Below are positions 28,899 through 37,026 of a DNA stretch of 64,000 nt, one piece after another; the first letter of the stretch is position 1, and each line of letters begins with the position of its first letter. The notes beneath the pieces are model-generated. The model was not told where the DNA came from. It saw only the letters and a list, made by a program, of their open reading frames with translations, and ran no database searches. The DNA comes from Chloroflexota bacterium (GTDB lineage Bacteria; Chloroflexota; Dormibacteria; CF-121), in contig VBDZ01000002.1 in NCBI GenBank assembly GCA_005881215.1, positions 382 through 64,381 on the forward strand, given 5' to 3'. The position numbers and the translations under genes are program-made.

Positions 28899-29677
28899 AC
28901 CGGCCGGCGTCCTCGTCGTCCACCGTCCGACCGAATCGCGCGCTCGTCCGCCGCCTCTTCCTCGAATATCAGAAGACGAAAGACCCACAGGTCCGCCAGC
29001 AGCTGGTCGAGCTGTTCAACAACCTGGTGGTCTTCCTAGCCAGGAAATTCAGCAACCGGGGCGAGCCGCTCGAGGACATCGTCCAGGTCGGGTATATCGG
29101 CCTGCTTCAGGCGATCGAGCGATTCGAACCGCAGCGCGGTCTGGAATTCTCGACCTTCGCCACCCCCACGATCGTGGGGGAAATCAAGCGCTACTTCCGT
29201 GACAAGAGCTGGGCCATCAAGGTCCCGCGCCGGCTGCAGGAAACGATGCAACGTGCCGACCTGGCGCAGCAGCGCCTGCAGGCCAAGCTCGGGCGAACCC
29301 CATCGGTCAACGAAATCGCGAAGGAGCTGGACCTGGCCCCGGAAGAAGTTCTGGCGGCGATGGAGGCGAGCCCGGCGCAGCGCACCATTCCCTTCGAATC
29401 GACCGGGCCGGCGCCCAGGGACGACGACGGGCTGCAGCTGACCGAACGGCTAGGGCTGGAGGATGAAAACCTCGACAAGGTCGAGTTGCAGGACCTGCTC
29501 GACCAGGCCATGCGACACCTGACGCCGCGGGAGCGACGGATCATGTACCTGCGTTTCGTCGACGAGCTGCCCCAGGCGGAGGTCGCCAAGCGGCTCGGCA
29601 TCTCCCAGATGCACGTCTCGCGCCTGCAGCGCGCCGCGGTCGAGCGCCTGAAGCGCGAGCTACCGGTTTCGACCTAA
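28883..29677 (+). CDS. group-3 (SigB/SigF-like) RNA polymerase sigma factor
   Basis: Regions 2-4: DIVQVGYIGLLQAIERFEP...FSTFATPTIVGEIKRYFRDKSWAIKVPRR...GISQMHVSRLQR. The first canonical start is GTG 29027. The in-frame upstream sequence ALVRRLFLEYQKTKDPQVRQQLVELFNNLV matches the SigB N-terminus. The only table-11 start there is ATA 28883, with GAGGA 7 nt upstream. The gene is certain; the start is uncertain. Confidence 0.9.
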   Translation: MPDRVDRPASSSSTVRPNRALVRRLFLEYQKTKDPQVRQQLVELFNNLVVFLARKFSNRGEPLEDIVQVGYIGLLQAIERFEPQRGLEFSTFATPTIVGEIKRYFRDKSWAIKVPRRLQETMQRADLAQQRLQAKLGRTPSVNEIAKELDLAPEEVLAAMEASPAQRTIPFESTGPAPRDDDGLQLTERLGLEDENLDKVELQDLLDQAMRHLTPRERRIMYLRFVDELPQAEVAKRLGISQMHVSRLQRAAVERLKRELPVST

Positions 29678-29684
29678 CCCCGGC

Positions 29685-30707
29685 TTGATCCAGACGGTTT
29701 GCGGTCCGATCGAGCCGGACACACTCGGGGTCACCCTGGGACATGAGCACCTTCTGATCGACCTGCGCGAGCTTTGGGACGAGCCCGCGACCGACGAGCG
29801 CCGGGCCCTGGCCCAGGCGCCGATCACGCTTCAGTCACGGGCGACCTGGGCCCAGAACCCGTATGAGTCGCGCGACAACCTGCTGATCGACGACGAGGAC
29901 GCGGCTGTGGAGGAGCTGCGCGCCTTTGCGCAAGCCGGCGGGCGCAGCCTGATCGACATGACGGTCGACGGCCTCGATCCAAAGCCCGAGGCGTTGCGGC
30001 GTATCTCGCAGCGCAGTGGTGTCCAGATCTTGATGGGGACGGGCGTTTACCGGGCGTTCGCGCATCCGCCCTGGGTCGCCGGCATGACGGTCGACGAGCT
30101 GGCGGCGCGATTCGTTGGCGCGATCCAGGTTGGCATCAACGGGACGGACGTGCGCGCCGGTCTGCTCGGCGAGCTGGGTACCTCCTCGCCAATCCTGCCC
30201 GACGAGGTCAAGGTTCTGCGCGCAGCGGCCCGCGCGCATTTCAAGACCGGGGTGTCGATCAATGTCCATCCGGCGATCTTCCATCGCGAAGGCCCGCGCA
30301 TCCTCGACGTCCTGGAGGCGGAGGGCGTCGACCTTCGGCGGGTGGCGCTGAGCCACATGGACGAGCAGCTCGACCACGATTACCACCGCTCGCTGGCGGG
30401 CCGGGGCGCCTGGCTCAGCTTCGATACGCTGGGATCCGAAGAGACTTTCGGGCCGAATGCAAAAGAGCCCACCGACGACCAACGGGTCGACGCGCTCCTC
30501 CGGCTGCTCGACGCCGGGTGGTCAGGCCAGATTCTCCTCTCGCAGGACGTCTGTACCAAGCTTCAGCTATTGCGCTTCGGCGGCAAGGGGTACTCGCACG
30601 TGTTGACGGCGATCGTGCCCCGGCTCCGGGCCGCCGGCTTGGGCCAGGCCGCGATTTCCGAATTGCTCGTCGACAACCCGCGCCGTTTCCTGACTGGTCG
30701 GCGCTAG
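29685..30707 (+). CDS. phosphotriesterase-homology (PTE/PHP family amidohydrolase) protein
   Basis: MIQTVCGPIEPDTLGVTLGHEHLLIDL is the typical family start with the HxH metal motif. The length and the later H/D residues are consistent. Confidence 0.85.
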   Translation: MIQTVCGPIEPDTLGVTLGHEHLLIDLRELWDEPATDERRALAQAPITLQSRATWAQNPYESRDNLLIDDEDAAVEELRAFAQAGGRSLIDMTVDGLDPKPEALRRISQRSGVQILMGTGVYRAFAHPPWVAGMTVDELAARFVGAIQVGINGTDVRAGLLGELGTSSPILPDEVKVLRAAARAHFKTGVSINVHPAIFHREGPRILDVLEAEGVDLRRVALSHMDEQLDHDYHRSLAGRGAWLSFDTLGSEETFGPNAKEPTDDQRVDALLRLLDAGWSGQILLSQDVCTKLQLLRFGGKGYSHVLTAIVPRLRAAGLGQAAISELLVDNPRRFLTGRR

Positions 30708-30772
30708 GTGCGGCGAGCCTCCAATGGTTTCGGCGAGTTCCCGTTACAATTCACTGTGCGCGCAGGCCAGCT

Positions 30773-33325
30773 ATGACGAGCGCGGAAATCCGCCAGCGTT
30801 TTCTCAACTTCTTCAAAGAGCGGGACCACAAGGTGTTACCGAGCTCCTCCCTGATCCCGTTCGGCGATCCAACGCTGCTGTTCACCAGCGCCGGGATGGT
30901 CCAATTCAAACCTTACTTTCTGGGCCAGGCCCAACCGCCAACCCCAAGGGCCACCACCTGCCAGAAAGTCTTCCGCTCATCCGACATCGACGTAGTCGGA
31001 CACGACGGGCACCACCTGACATTTTTCGAAATGCTGGGGAACTTTTCTTTCGGCGATTACTTCAAAGAGAAGGCAATCCCCTATGCCTACGAATTCCTGA
31101 CCAAAGATCTTGGCCTCGATGCAGATCGGCTCTGGGCCGGCATCCACAACGACGATGACGAAAGCTTTGAGATCTGGAAGAAGACCGGCATCCCGCCCGA
31201 GCGGATCCGGCGGTTTGGTGACGAGTACAACTTCTGGGCGGCCGGGCCGACCGGGCCGTGCGGCCCGGACTCGGAAGTCCACTACGACTGGGGTAGCGAG
31301 TACGGCTGCGGGCAGCCCGACTGCGGTCCGAACTGCGAGCATCAGGGCTGCGATCGCTTTCTCGAGATCTGGAATCTCGTCTTCATACAATGGGACCGAG
31401 ACCAGACCGGGGAAAGGAAACCCCTCAGGCAGAAGGGGATCGATACCGGGATGGGCCTCGAGCGCATCACCGCCGTCGTGAACCAGCATCGTCATGGGGT
31501 GTTCGACACCGATCTGTTCCAACCCCTGATCCGTCATTGGGCGGAGCAGAGCGGCAAGCCGTACCGAGACACCCCAGAGACCGATGTATCGCTGAAAGTG
31601 CTGGCCGACCACTCCCGCGGCAGCACCATGCTGCTGGCCGACGGAGTGGTGCCGGCCAATGACGGACGCGGGTACGTTCTCCGGCGCCTGATCCGACGCG
31701 GCATGGTCCACGCCCGCCGGCTTGGACCGGCGGTACACCTGTCGTCGGGCGTCTCCCTCGTGGCCCGCATCCTGGGCGGCGTCTACCCGGAGGTCCGGGT
31801 GCAGGCAGATCGGGTGGCCGAGGTAATCCGGTCGGAAGAGGAGCGCTTCGCCGTCGCGTTACGGCAGGGAATGGAGCGTCTCCAGCCTTTGCTCGAGCGC
31901 GGAACTCTTATCCCTGACGAGGTGTTCTATCTTCATGACACTCTCGGCTTCCCGATCGAACTCACCGCGGAGCTGGCCAACGAGCGAGGTGTCAGCGTGG
32001 ATCTGGACGCCGTGGCCGCGCTGATGCAGAGCCAGCGTGATCGCAGCCGAGTCGCCACGGGCGGCTTTACGGCACCGCTGGCGGGCAGCGCCAGTCGATT
32101 TGTCGGGTACGACCAGCTGGAGGCCGAGACGACCGTGATGGACGTCTTTCCGGTAGCCGGCGATGCCGAAAAAGCCGATGTCTTCCTCGCCGCGACCCCT
32201 TTTTATGCCGAACGTGGCGGGCAGACCGCCGATACGGGCTGGCTCAATTGGAAAGGTGGAAAAGCCCGCGTCATCGATGTCCAAGCGCAGGGCGAAGCGA
32301 TCCGGCATCGCGTCGAGGCGCGCCCTGACCAACTGAAGCCCGGCGACCGGGTCCAGGCCGCGATCGATGCGCCACGGCGGCAGGCCATCGCCCGTCATCA
32401 CTCCGCCACGCACCTCCTGCATCGCGCCCTAAAAGATGTGCTCGGCGAGCAGGCGAGCCAGGCTGGATCGTCGGTGCAATCCGATTACGCCACCTTCGAT
32501 TTCCGGTTTCCCCGGGCGCTAACGACCGACGAACTCGACCGGGTCTCGAGCCTGCTGAACGAAAAGATTCGGGCCAACCTGGTTCGGCGTGTGGAGGAAC
32601 TTCCCCTCGACCAGGCGATCGCCACCGGCGCCGTGGCGCTGTTCGACGAAAAGTATGGCGAGCGGGTGCGGGTCGTTTCCTTCGGCGACTGGGCCCGCGA
32701 GCTGTGCGGTGGCACGCATGTCGACCGAAGCGGCGAGATCGGGTTCGCCCTGATCTCGAGCGACCGAAGTATCGGTGCCGGGGTGCGGCGGATTGAGATG
32801 CGAGCCGGGGCGGCCGCCGAACGTCAGGTTCGGCAGTACGAGCGGGTGCTCAGCGAGCTCGGCGACGAGCTCCGCGCCGGGCCCACCGAGTTGCCCGCCC
32901 GGGTGGCCGCACTGCAAGCCGAGGTCAAACGTCTCGAGAAGGAGGCCGCCAATCTCCGCCAGCGGCTCGCGACGGGGGCCGGCGCTCAGCTGGAAGAGGC
33001 GGACGTCAACGGGGTCCGGCTACTGCTTCAGCGGGTCGACGCCGGCGAAAAAGACCTGCTGGTGTTCGCCGATCACGCCCTCAGCCGCGCCAATGGCAAT
33101 GGCGTCGCGATCGTGGTCGGCGGACGCAATTTCGCGGTCAAGGTTGCCAGTCAGCTGGCCGAGCGGCTCCCGGCGAACGACCTGGTTCAGGCGTTCCGGC
33201 AGGTTGCCGGTGGCAAGGGTGGTGGCCGCGGCCCGGTGGGGCAGGGCGGCGGTATCGATCCCGACCGCGTGGGTGCGGCGTTCAAGTCCGTGCAGGAATA
33301 CGTGCGGATGCACCTGAAGGACTAA
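30773..33325 (+). CDS. alaS: alanyl-tRNA synthetase
   Basis: MTSAEIRQRFLNFFKERDHKVLPSSSLIP...FTSAGMVQFKPYF...FFEMLGNFSFGDYFK...HSATHLLH...CGGTHV. ATG 30773. The 85-aa ORF-track extension is not AlaRS-like. Confidence 0.97.
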   Translation: MTSAEIRQRFLNFFKERDHKVLPSSSLIPFGDPTLLFTSAGMVQFKPYFLGQAQPPTPRATTCQKVFRSSDIDVVGHDGHHLTFFEMLGNFSFGDYFKEKAIPYAYEFLTKDLGLDADRLWAGIHNDDDESFEIWKKTGIPPERIRRFGDEYNFWAAGPTGPCGPDSEVHYDWGSEYGCGQPDCGPNCEHQGCDRFLEIWNLVFIQWDRDQTGERKPLRQKGIDTGMGLERITAVVNQHRHGVFDTDLFQPLIRHWAEQSGKPYRDTPETDVSLKVLADHSRGSTMLLADGVVPANDGRGYVLRRLIRRGMVHARRLGPAVHLSSGVSLVARILGGVYPEVRVQADRVAEVIRSEEERFAVALRQGMERLQPLLERGTLIPDEVFYLHDTLGFPIELTAELANERGVSVDLDAVAALMQSQRDRSRVATGGFTAPLAGSASRFVGYDQLEAETTVMDVFPVAGDAEKADVFLAATPFYAERGGQTADTGWLNWKGGKARVIDVQAQGEAIRHRVEARPDQLKPGDRVQAAIDAPRRQAIARHHSATHLLHRALKDVLGEQASQAGSSVQSDYATFDFRFPRALTTDELDRVSSLLNEKIRANLVRRVEELPLDQAIATGAVALFDEKYGERVRVVSFGDWARELCGGTHVDRSGEIGFALISSDRSIGAGVRRIEMRAGAAAERQVRQYERVLSELGDELRAGPTELPARVAALQAEVKRLEKEAANLRQRLATGAGAQLEEADVNGVRLLLQRVDAGEKDLLVFADHALSRANGNGVAIVVGGRNFAVKVASQLAERLPANDLVQAFRQVAGGKGGGRGPVGQGGGIDPDRVGAAFKSVQEYVRMHLKD

Positions 33326-34596
33326 TGATCAAGATCAAGGACCGGATCAAGCGCCTGCGGCGCGGCGCCGACTATGAAAACTACTACACGGCGCTCGACA
33401 TCGGCACGGAATACATCAAGGCGCTCATCGTCAAACGCGAGGGTCGCAATGGCGTCGTCCTCGGCGCCTCCCGGCAACGCCAGGAATTTGCCGACATGGA
33501 GGGCGGCGTGCCGTCGAACATCCAGGGGATCATCGACAGTTGCGACCGGGCCATGTCGCAGGCCGAAGACATGTGCGACACCATCCCAGGTCAGGCGGTG
33601 ATCGGCATCGCCGGCGAGCAGGTGAAGGGATTCAGCACCTCGGTTACGGTCCCACGTGCCGACCCCACGCTCAAGATCAACGAGGTGGAGCTGCTGCAGA
33701 CGCTGCAACTGGTCCAAAAGCGGGCCCTGCGAGAAGCCCAGCACGCAATGAGCCTGGAGCTCGGTGTCCCCGATTTGAACGTCAAGCTGATCAACTCGGC
33801 GATTACCAGCGTGCGGATCGACGGCTTCGTGGTCAACAACCCGATCGATTTCCAGGGCAGGCAAATGGTGGTCACCGTCTTCAACACCTTTGCGCCGCTG
33901 ACACACGTCGGAGCGCTTCAGACCATCGCCTCCGAGCTGGACCTGGAGCTGCTGGCCACGGTGGCTGAGCCCTATGCCATGGCGCGCTGCGCGGCGACCG
34001 ACGAGGTCTACGACGTCGGCGGCATCTTCATCGACATCGGCGGGGGGACCACGGACATCGCGCTGATTCGAAACGGCGGCGTCGAGGGCACCCGGATGTT
34101 CCCCATCGGGGGCCGCGTCTTCACCAAAAAACTGGCGTCCCGGTTCGGCATCACCTTTGCCGATGCAGAGGCCGTCAAGCTCCGTCACTCCCGAGGCGAG
34201 CTCCCGCCTGAGCATGCGGAGAAGGTCCACTCGGTCCTGGCCCGGGACGCCGAAGTCCTGGTCGAGGGGGTGGCCATCACCCTGCAAGAGATGTCGAAGG
34301 GGGACCGACTGCCGACCGCGATGTACCTTGCGGGCGGCGGCAGCGCCCTGCCCGAGGTAAAAGACCGGCTGAGCAGCTTCCCCTGGAGAGAGAAGCTTCC
34401 CTTTGCCCGGACACCCACGGTGACCGCGCTGCGGCCGGTCGACATCCGGGGGATTTATGATTCCACCGGCCTCCTGCTCGATCAGCAAGACATCACCCCG
34501 ATGGGATTGGCCTTCCACGCGATCCAGCAGCAGGCCGAGGACCAGGCGCCCCTCTACGGGCTGATGCGGAAGGTCCTCAAGGCGATGAAGGTCTAA
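33325..34596 (+). CDS. FtsA-family actin-like ATPase with C-terminal amphipathic helix
   Basis: LDIGTEYIKALIV (phosphate 1), FIDIGGGTTDIALI (phosphate 2), LAGGGSALPEV (adenosine motif), an SHS2-like insert, and terminal LYGLMRKVLKAMKV. TAATG overlap with alaS. Confidence 0.8.
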   Translation: MIKIKDRIKRLRRGADYENYYTALDIGTEYIKALIVKREGRNGVVLGASRQRQEFADMEGGVPSNIQGIIDSCDRAMSQAEDMCDTIPGQAVIGIAGEQVKGFSTSVTVPRADPTLKINEVELLQTLQLVQKRALREAQHAMSLELGVPDLNVKLINSAITSVRIDGFVVNNPIDFQGRQMVVTVFNTFAPLTHVGALQTIASELDLELLATVAEPYAMARCAATDEVYDVGGIFIDIGGGTTDIALIRNGGVEGTRMFPIGGRVFTKKLASRFGITFADAEAVKLRHSRGELPPEHAEKVHSVLARDAEVLVEGVAITLQEMSKGDRLPTAMYLAGGGSALPEVKDRLSSFPWREKLPFARTPTVTALRPVDIRGIYDSTGLLLDQQDITPMGLAFHAIQQQAEDQAPLYGLMRKVLKAMKV

Positions 34597-34678
34597 CCAC
34601 CGCCCCCAAAACCTGACAGCGTAACAACTCGACAATCAGTGGCGTTTCCGGTATGAAAGGCTGCGACGTGTTAAAACT

Positions 34679-36301
34679 GTGAAGACTCTGGCCAAACTGC
34701 TGTACGTCGAAGCTGACGAGGAGATCACCGACCTCGTCGATCGCCTGCGGGATCTCAGTCTCGAGGACGAGGTCACCTTCGTGGTCCCGGATCGAGCCCG
34801 GGCCCTGCAGAGCGCGATGAGCTTCCGGCTGCTCAAGCGCTACGCCGACAGCTACGGCAAGCGGGTCAACCTGGTCAGCGGCGATCCCCGGCTCCAGGCG
34901 ATGTCCCTGGAGGCCGGCTTCATGGCCTACCCCAGCCTGGCGGCCTACGACAGTGGGACGGAAGTGCACCAACCAGCCCTGGTCGATGAGCCGATTGTGA
35001 CGTCCGTTGCACCGCCGGTCGCGACCCCGGCCCCGGCCCAGACTCGCTCCCAACTGGGCGGTAGCCCGCCGGGCGTAGCGACCCTCGATCGGCCGCGCCA
35101 GGCGTCGGTGGTTTCAGCGCCGCCGAGGGCCACGCCGCCGAAGCCGCCGCGACCTGCCTCGTCCGGCCCGTCGCTGCGGAGCTACCGGCCGTATCTGATC
35201 GGGGCAGGGGTGCTGGCCGTCATCGGCTTGCTGTTCGGGATGCTGTACCTTCCGACGGCCACCGCCACGCTGAGCGTGTCTGGCACGCAGCTCAAGGCTG
35301 ACACCACGCTGCTCGGGGCGCCTGGCAATGCGGCCGGATCGCCCAACCAGTTCGCCACGCAGCCGGTCCACGCCGAACAATCCCAGACCCTGCCCGGCAC
35401 GCCCACTGGTCAGAAGCAAGTAGCTGCGGTGCCTTCGACAGGCCAGGTTGTGATCACCTCGACGTGCGTCTTTTGCCTGGGACAGGATGTGCGCAAAGGC
35501 CTGATCGTTAGTACCGACAGCGGGAAGCGATATTCGACGCAAAAAGTCGCGCACATTGGTGCTGGGTACGGCGCCCAGGACACCGTTCCGATCGCGGCCG
35601 TGACCGCGGGACTCGACGGCAATACAGACGCGCATTCGATCACAAACATCGAAAATGGTGGCAACGATCTCAAAGTTGATAATCCTCAGGCGACGACGGG
35701 TGGTGCTGACGCTCGGACGGCGACCATCATTCAGCAGTCCGACCTCGATGGCCCCAAGGACGCGTATTCCAAAGATGCCATCCCCCAGGTCACCGACCAG
35801 CTGAGCAGCAAGGCCCAGGGCAAGAAGCTGATCCTCGTTGGCAAGGGGGTGCAGGCCGCGGTCACAGCCGATCACAAAGTCGGCGAGGAAGTTAACGGTT
35901 TCACGGTCACGATCAAGGTCTCGGGCGACGGGGTTGCATTCGACGACAAAGCCGTCAAGGCGATGCTGAAGGCCGCCCTGCAACGCAAGGTTCCCCAGGG
36001 ATCGCAACTCACGACCGAAAACATCACCCTCAACTACGACGCCGTCGATGCGACGGCCGATGGACACATCACGCTGAACGGCCATGCGTCTGGGTTCTAC
36101 ACGCCGGTGTTCCTGAACAGCGCGATCCGTTCGCATCTCAAAGGGATGAGCCCGTCGAAGGCGCACGCGTTCCTCCAATCACTCCCGAACGTCGTCGACG
36201 CTCGCGTCGTCCAGTCACCGTTCGGCCTTCCGTGGCTCCCGTTGTTCAGTTCGCGGATCACCCTCAAGATCCAGGAGGTCTCGAGCACCTCGTCGGCGTG
36301 A
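34679..36301 (+). CDS. bitopic membrane protein: ~90-aa cytoplasmic domain, Pro-rich linker, TM helix, ~330-aa ectodomain with a baseplate-J-like signature
   Basis: TM helix YLIGAGVLAVIGLLFGMLYL. The ectodomain segment VPIAAVTAGLDGNTDAHSITNIENGGNDLKVDNPQATTGGADARTA resembles the V.A...G..GN...I...V.N....GG.D hallmark of the Baseplate_J family. This is from memory and is not HMM-verified. Confidence 0.7.
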   Translation: MKTLAKLLYVEADEEITDLVDRLRDLSLEDEVTFVVPDRARALQSAMSFRLLKRYADSYGKRVNLVSGDPRLQAMSLEAGFMAYPSLAAYDSGTEVHQPALVDEPIVTSVAPPVATPAPAQTRSQLGGSPPGVATLDRPRQASVVSAPPRATPPKPPRPASSGPSLRSYRPYLIGAGVLAVIGLLFGMLYLPTATATLSVSGTQLKADTTLLGAPGNAAGSPNQFATQPVHAEQSQTLPGTPTGQKQVAAVPSTGQVVITSTCVFCLGQDVRKGLIVSTDSGKRYSTQKVAHIGAGYGAQDTVPIAAVTAGLDGNTDAHSITNIENGGNDLKVDNPQATTGGADARTATIIQQSDLDGPKDAYSKDAIPQVTDQLSSKAQGKKLILVGKGVQAAVTADHKVGEEVNGFTVTIKVSGDGVAFDDKAVKAMLKAALQRKVPQGSQLTTENITLNYDAVDATADGHITLNGHASGFYTPVFLNSAIRSHLKGMSPSKAHAFLQSLPNVVDARVVQSPFGLPWLPLFSSRITLKIQEVSSTSSA

Positions 36302-36726
36302 GGGTCCTGGCGATCGATCCGGGCACGGTTCGGCTCGGACTCGCGCTGAGTGACCCGTCCGGAACGATCGCGCAGCCGCTCAGCGTTCTCGCGCGACGGT
36401 CGGAGGCGGAGGATCTCGAGACGCTCAGGGCGCTGGTCGAGCGTCACGAAATCGGTCAGATCGTGATCGGGCTGCCGCGCACGATGGAGGGCCGGCTGGA
36501 AGCCGCCGCGCTTCAGGCCCAGGCTTTCGGTTCGAAGGTCGAACAGGCGACCGGGCGCCCGGTAGCATACTGGGACGAACGGTTGACAACTGTGGCCGCC
36601 GAGCGATACCTGATCGACCAGGGCAAACGGCGGAGCAAGCGGCGGCAAGAAGTTGATCGGATGGCCGCCACGTTATTGTTGCAGGGTTACCTCGACTACC
36701 AGCGCGGGCGGGGGCCAGGAGGCTGA
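36298..36726 (+). CDS. ruvX: Holliday-junction-resolvase-like pre-16S rRNA nuclease RuvX/YqgF
   Basis: VRVLAIDPGTVRLGLALSD...IVIGLPRTMEG...DERLTTVAA. GTGA overlap with the upstream gene. Confidence 0.92.
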   Translation: MRVLAIDPGTVRLGLALSDPSGTIAQPLSVLARRSEAEDLETLRALVERHEIGQIVIGLPRTMEGRLEAAALQAQAFGSKVEQATGRPVAYWDERLTTVAAERYLIDQGKRRSKRRQEVDRMAATLLLQGYLDYQRGRGPGG

Positions 36727-37008
36727 ATGCCAGAGATTCCAGAGGCGAACGGCGAGATCCAAACCATCGAGCTGGTCAACGAGAAGACCGGTGAGGAGGA
36801 GAGCTACGTCGTCCACGACGTCGTGGAAATCGAAGGCCAGACCTATTACGTCCTGCAGGCCGAGGCCGACGAGGATCGGGTGCTCATCCTGCGCCGCGAG
36901 GGCGAATCGCTGGTCACCCTGGATGACGAGGAGCACGACCGGGTGGTCGAGCAACTGGAAGAGTTCGAGGAGGACGAGGGGGAGGAGAACGGCGGTGTGG
37001 AGGATTAG
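36727..37008 (+). CDS. DUF1292 (YrzB-like) acidic small protein
   Basis: IELVNEKTGEEESYVVHDVVEIEGQTYYVLQAE....VLILR plus an acidic tail. It occupies the same position between ruvX and mltG as Bacillus yrzB. Confidence 0.8.
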   Translation: MPEIPEANGEIQTIELVNEKTGEEESYVVHDVVEIEGQTYYVLQAEADEDRVLILRREGESLVTLDDEEHDRVVEQLEEFEEDEGEENGGVED

Positions 37009-37026
37009 CTGACTCCAGCCACCCGA

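Noticed and set aside
15321-30772. T-box or other riboswitch leaders upstream of the aminoacyl-tRNA synthetase genes (proS, hisS, aspS, alaS; also metG and thrS elsewhere)
   Set aside because: The upstream non-coding regions are only 0-65 nt long or overlap the preceding gene. This is far too short for a T-box (about 200 nt or more), and no specifier or T-box consensus sequence was seen.
33322-34635. 437-aa minus-strand ORF antisense to the FtsA-like gene, and 61794..63257 antisense to thrS
   Set aside because: Both fully overlap genes with clear family motifs on the plus strand. They have a lower-quality, Arg/Gly/Asp-rich composition and no recognisable domains.
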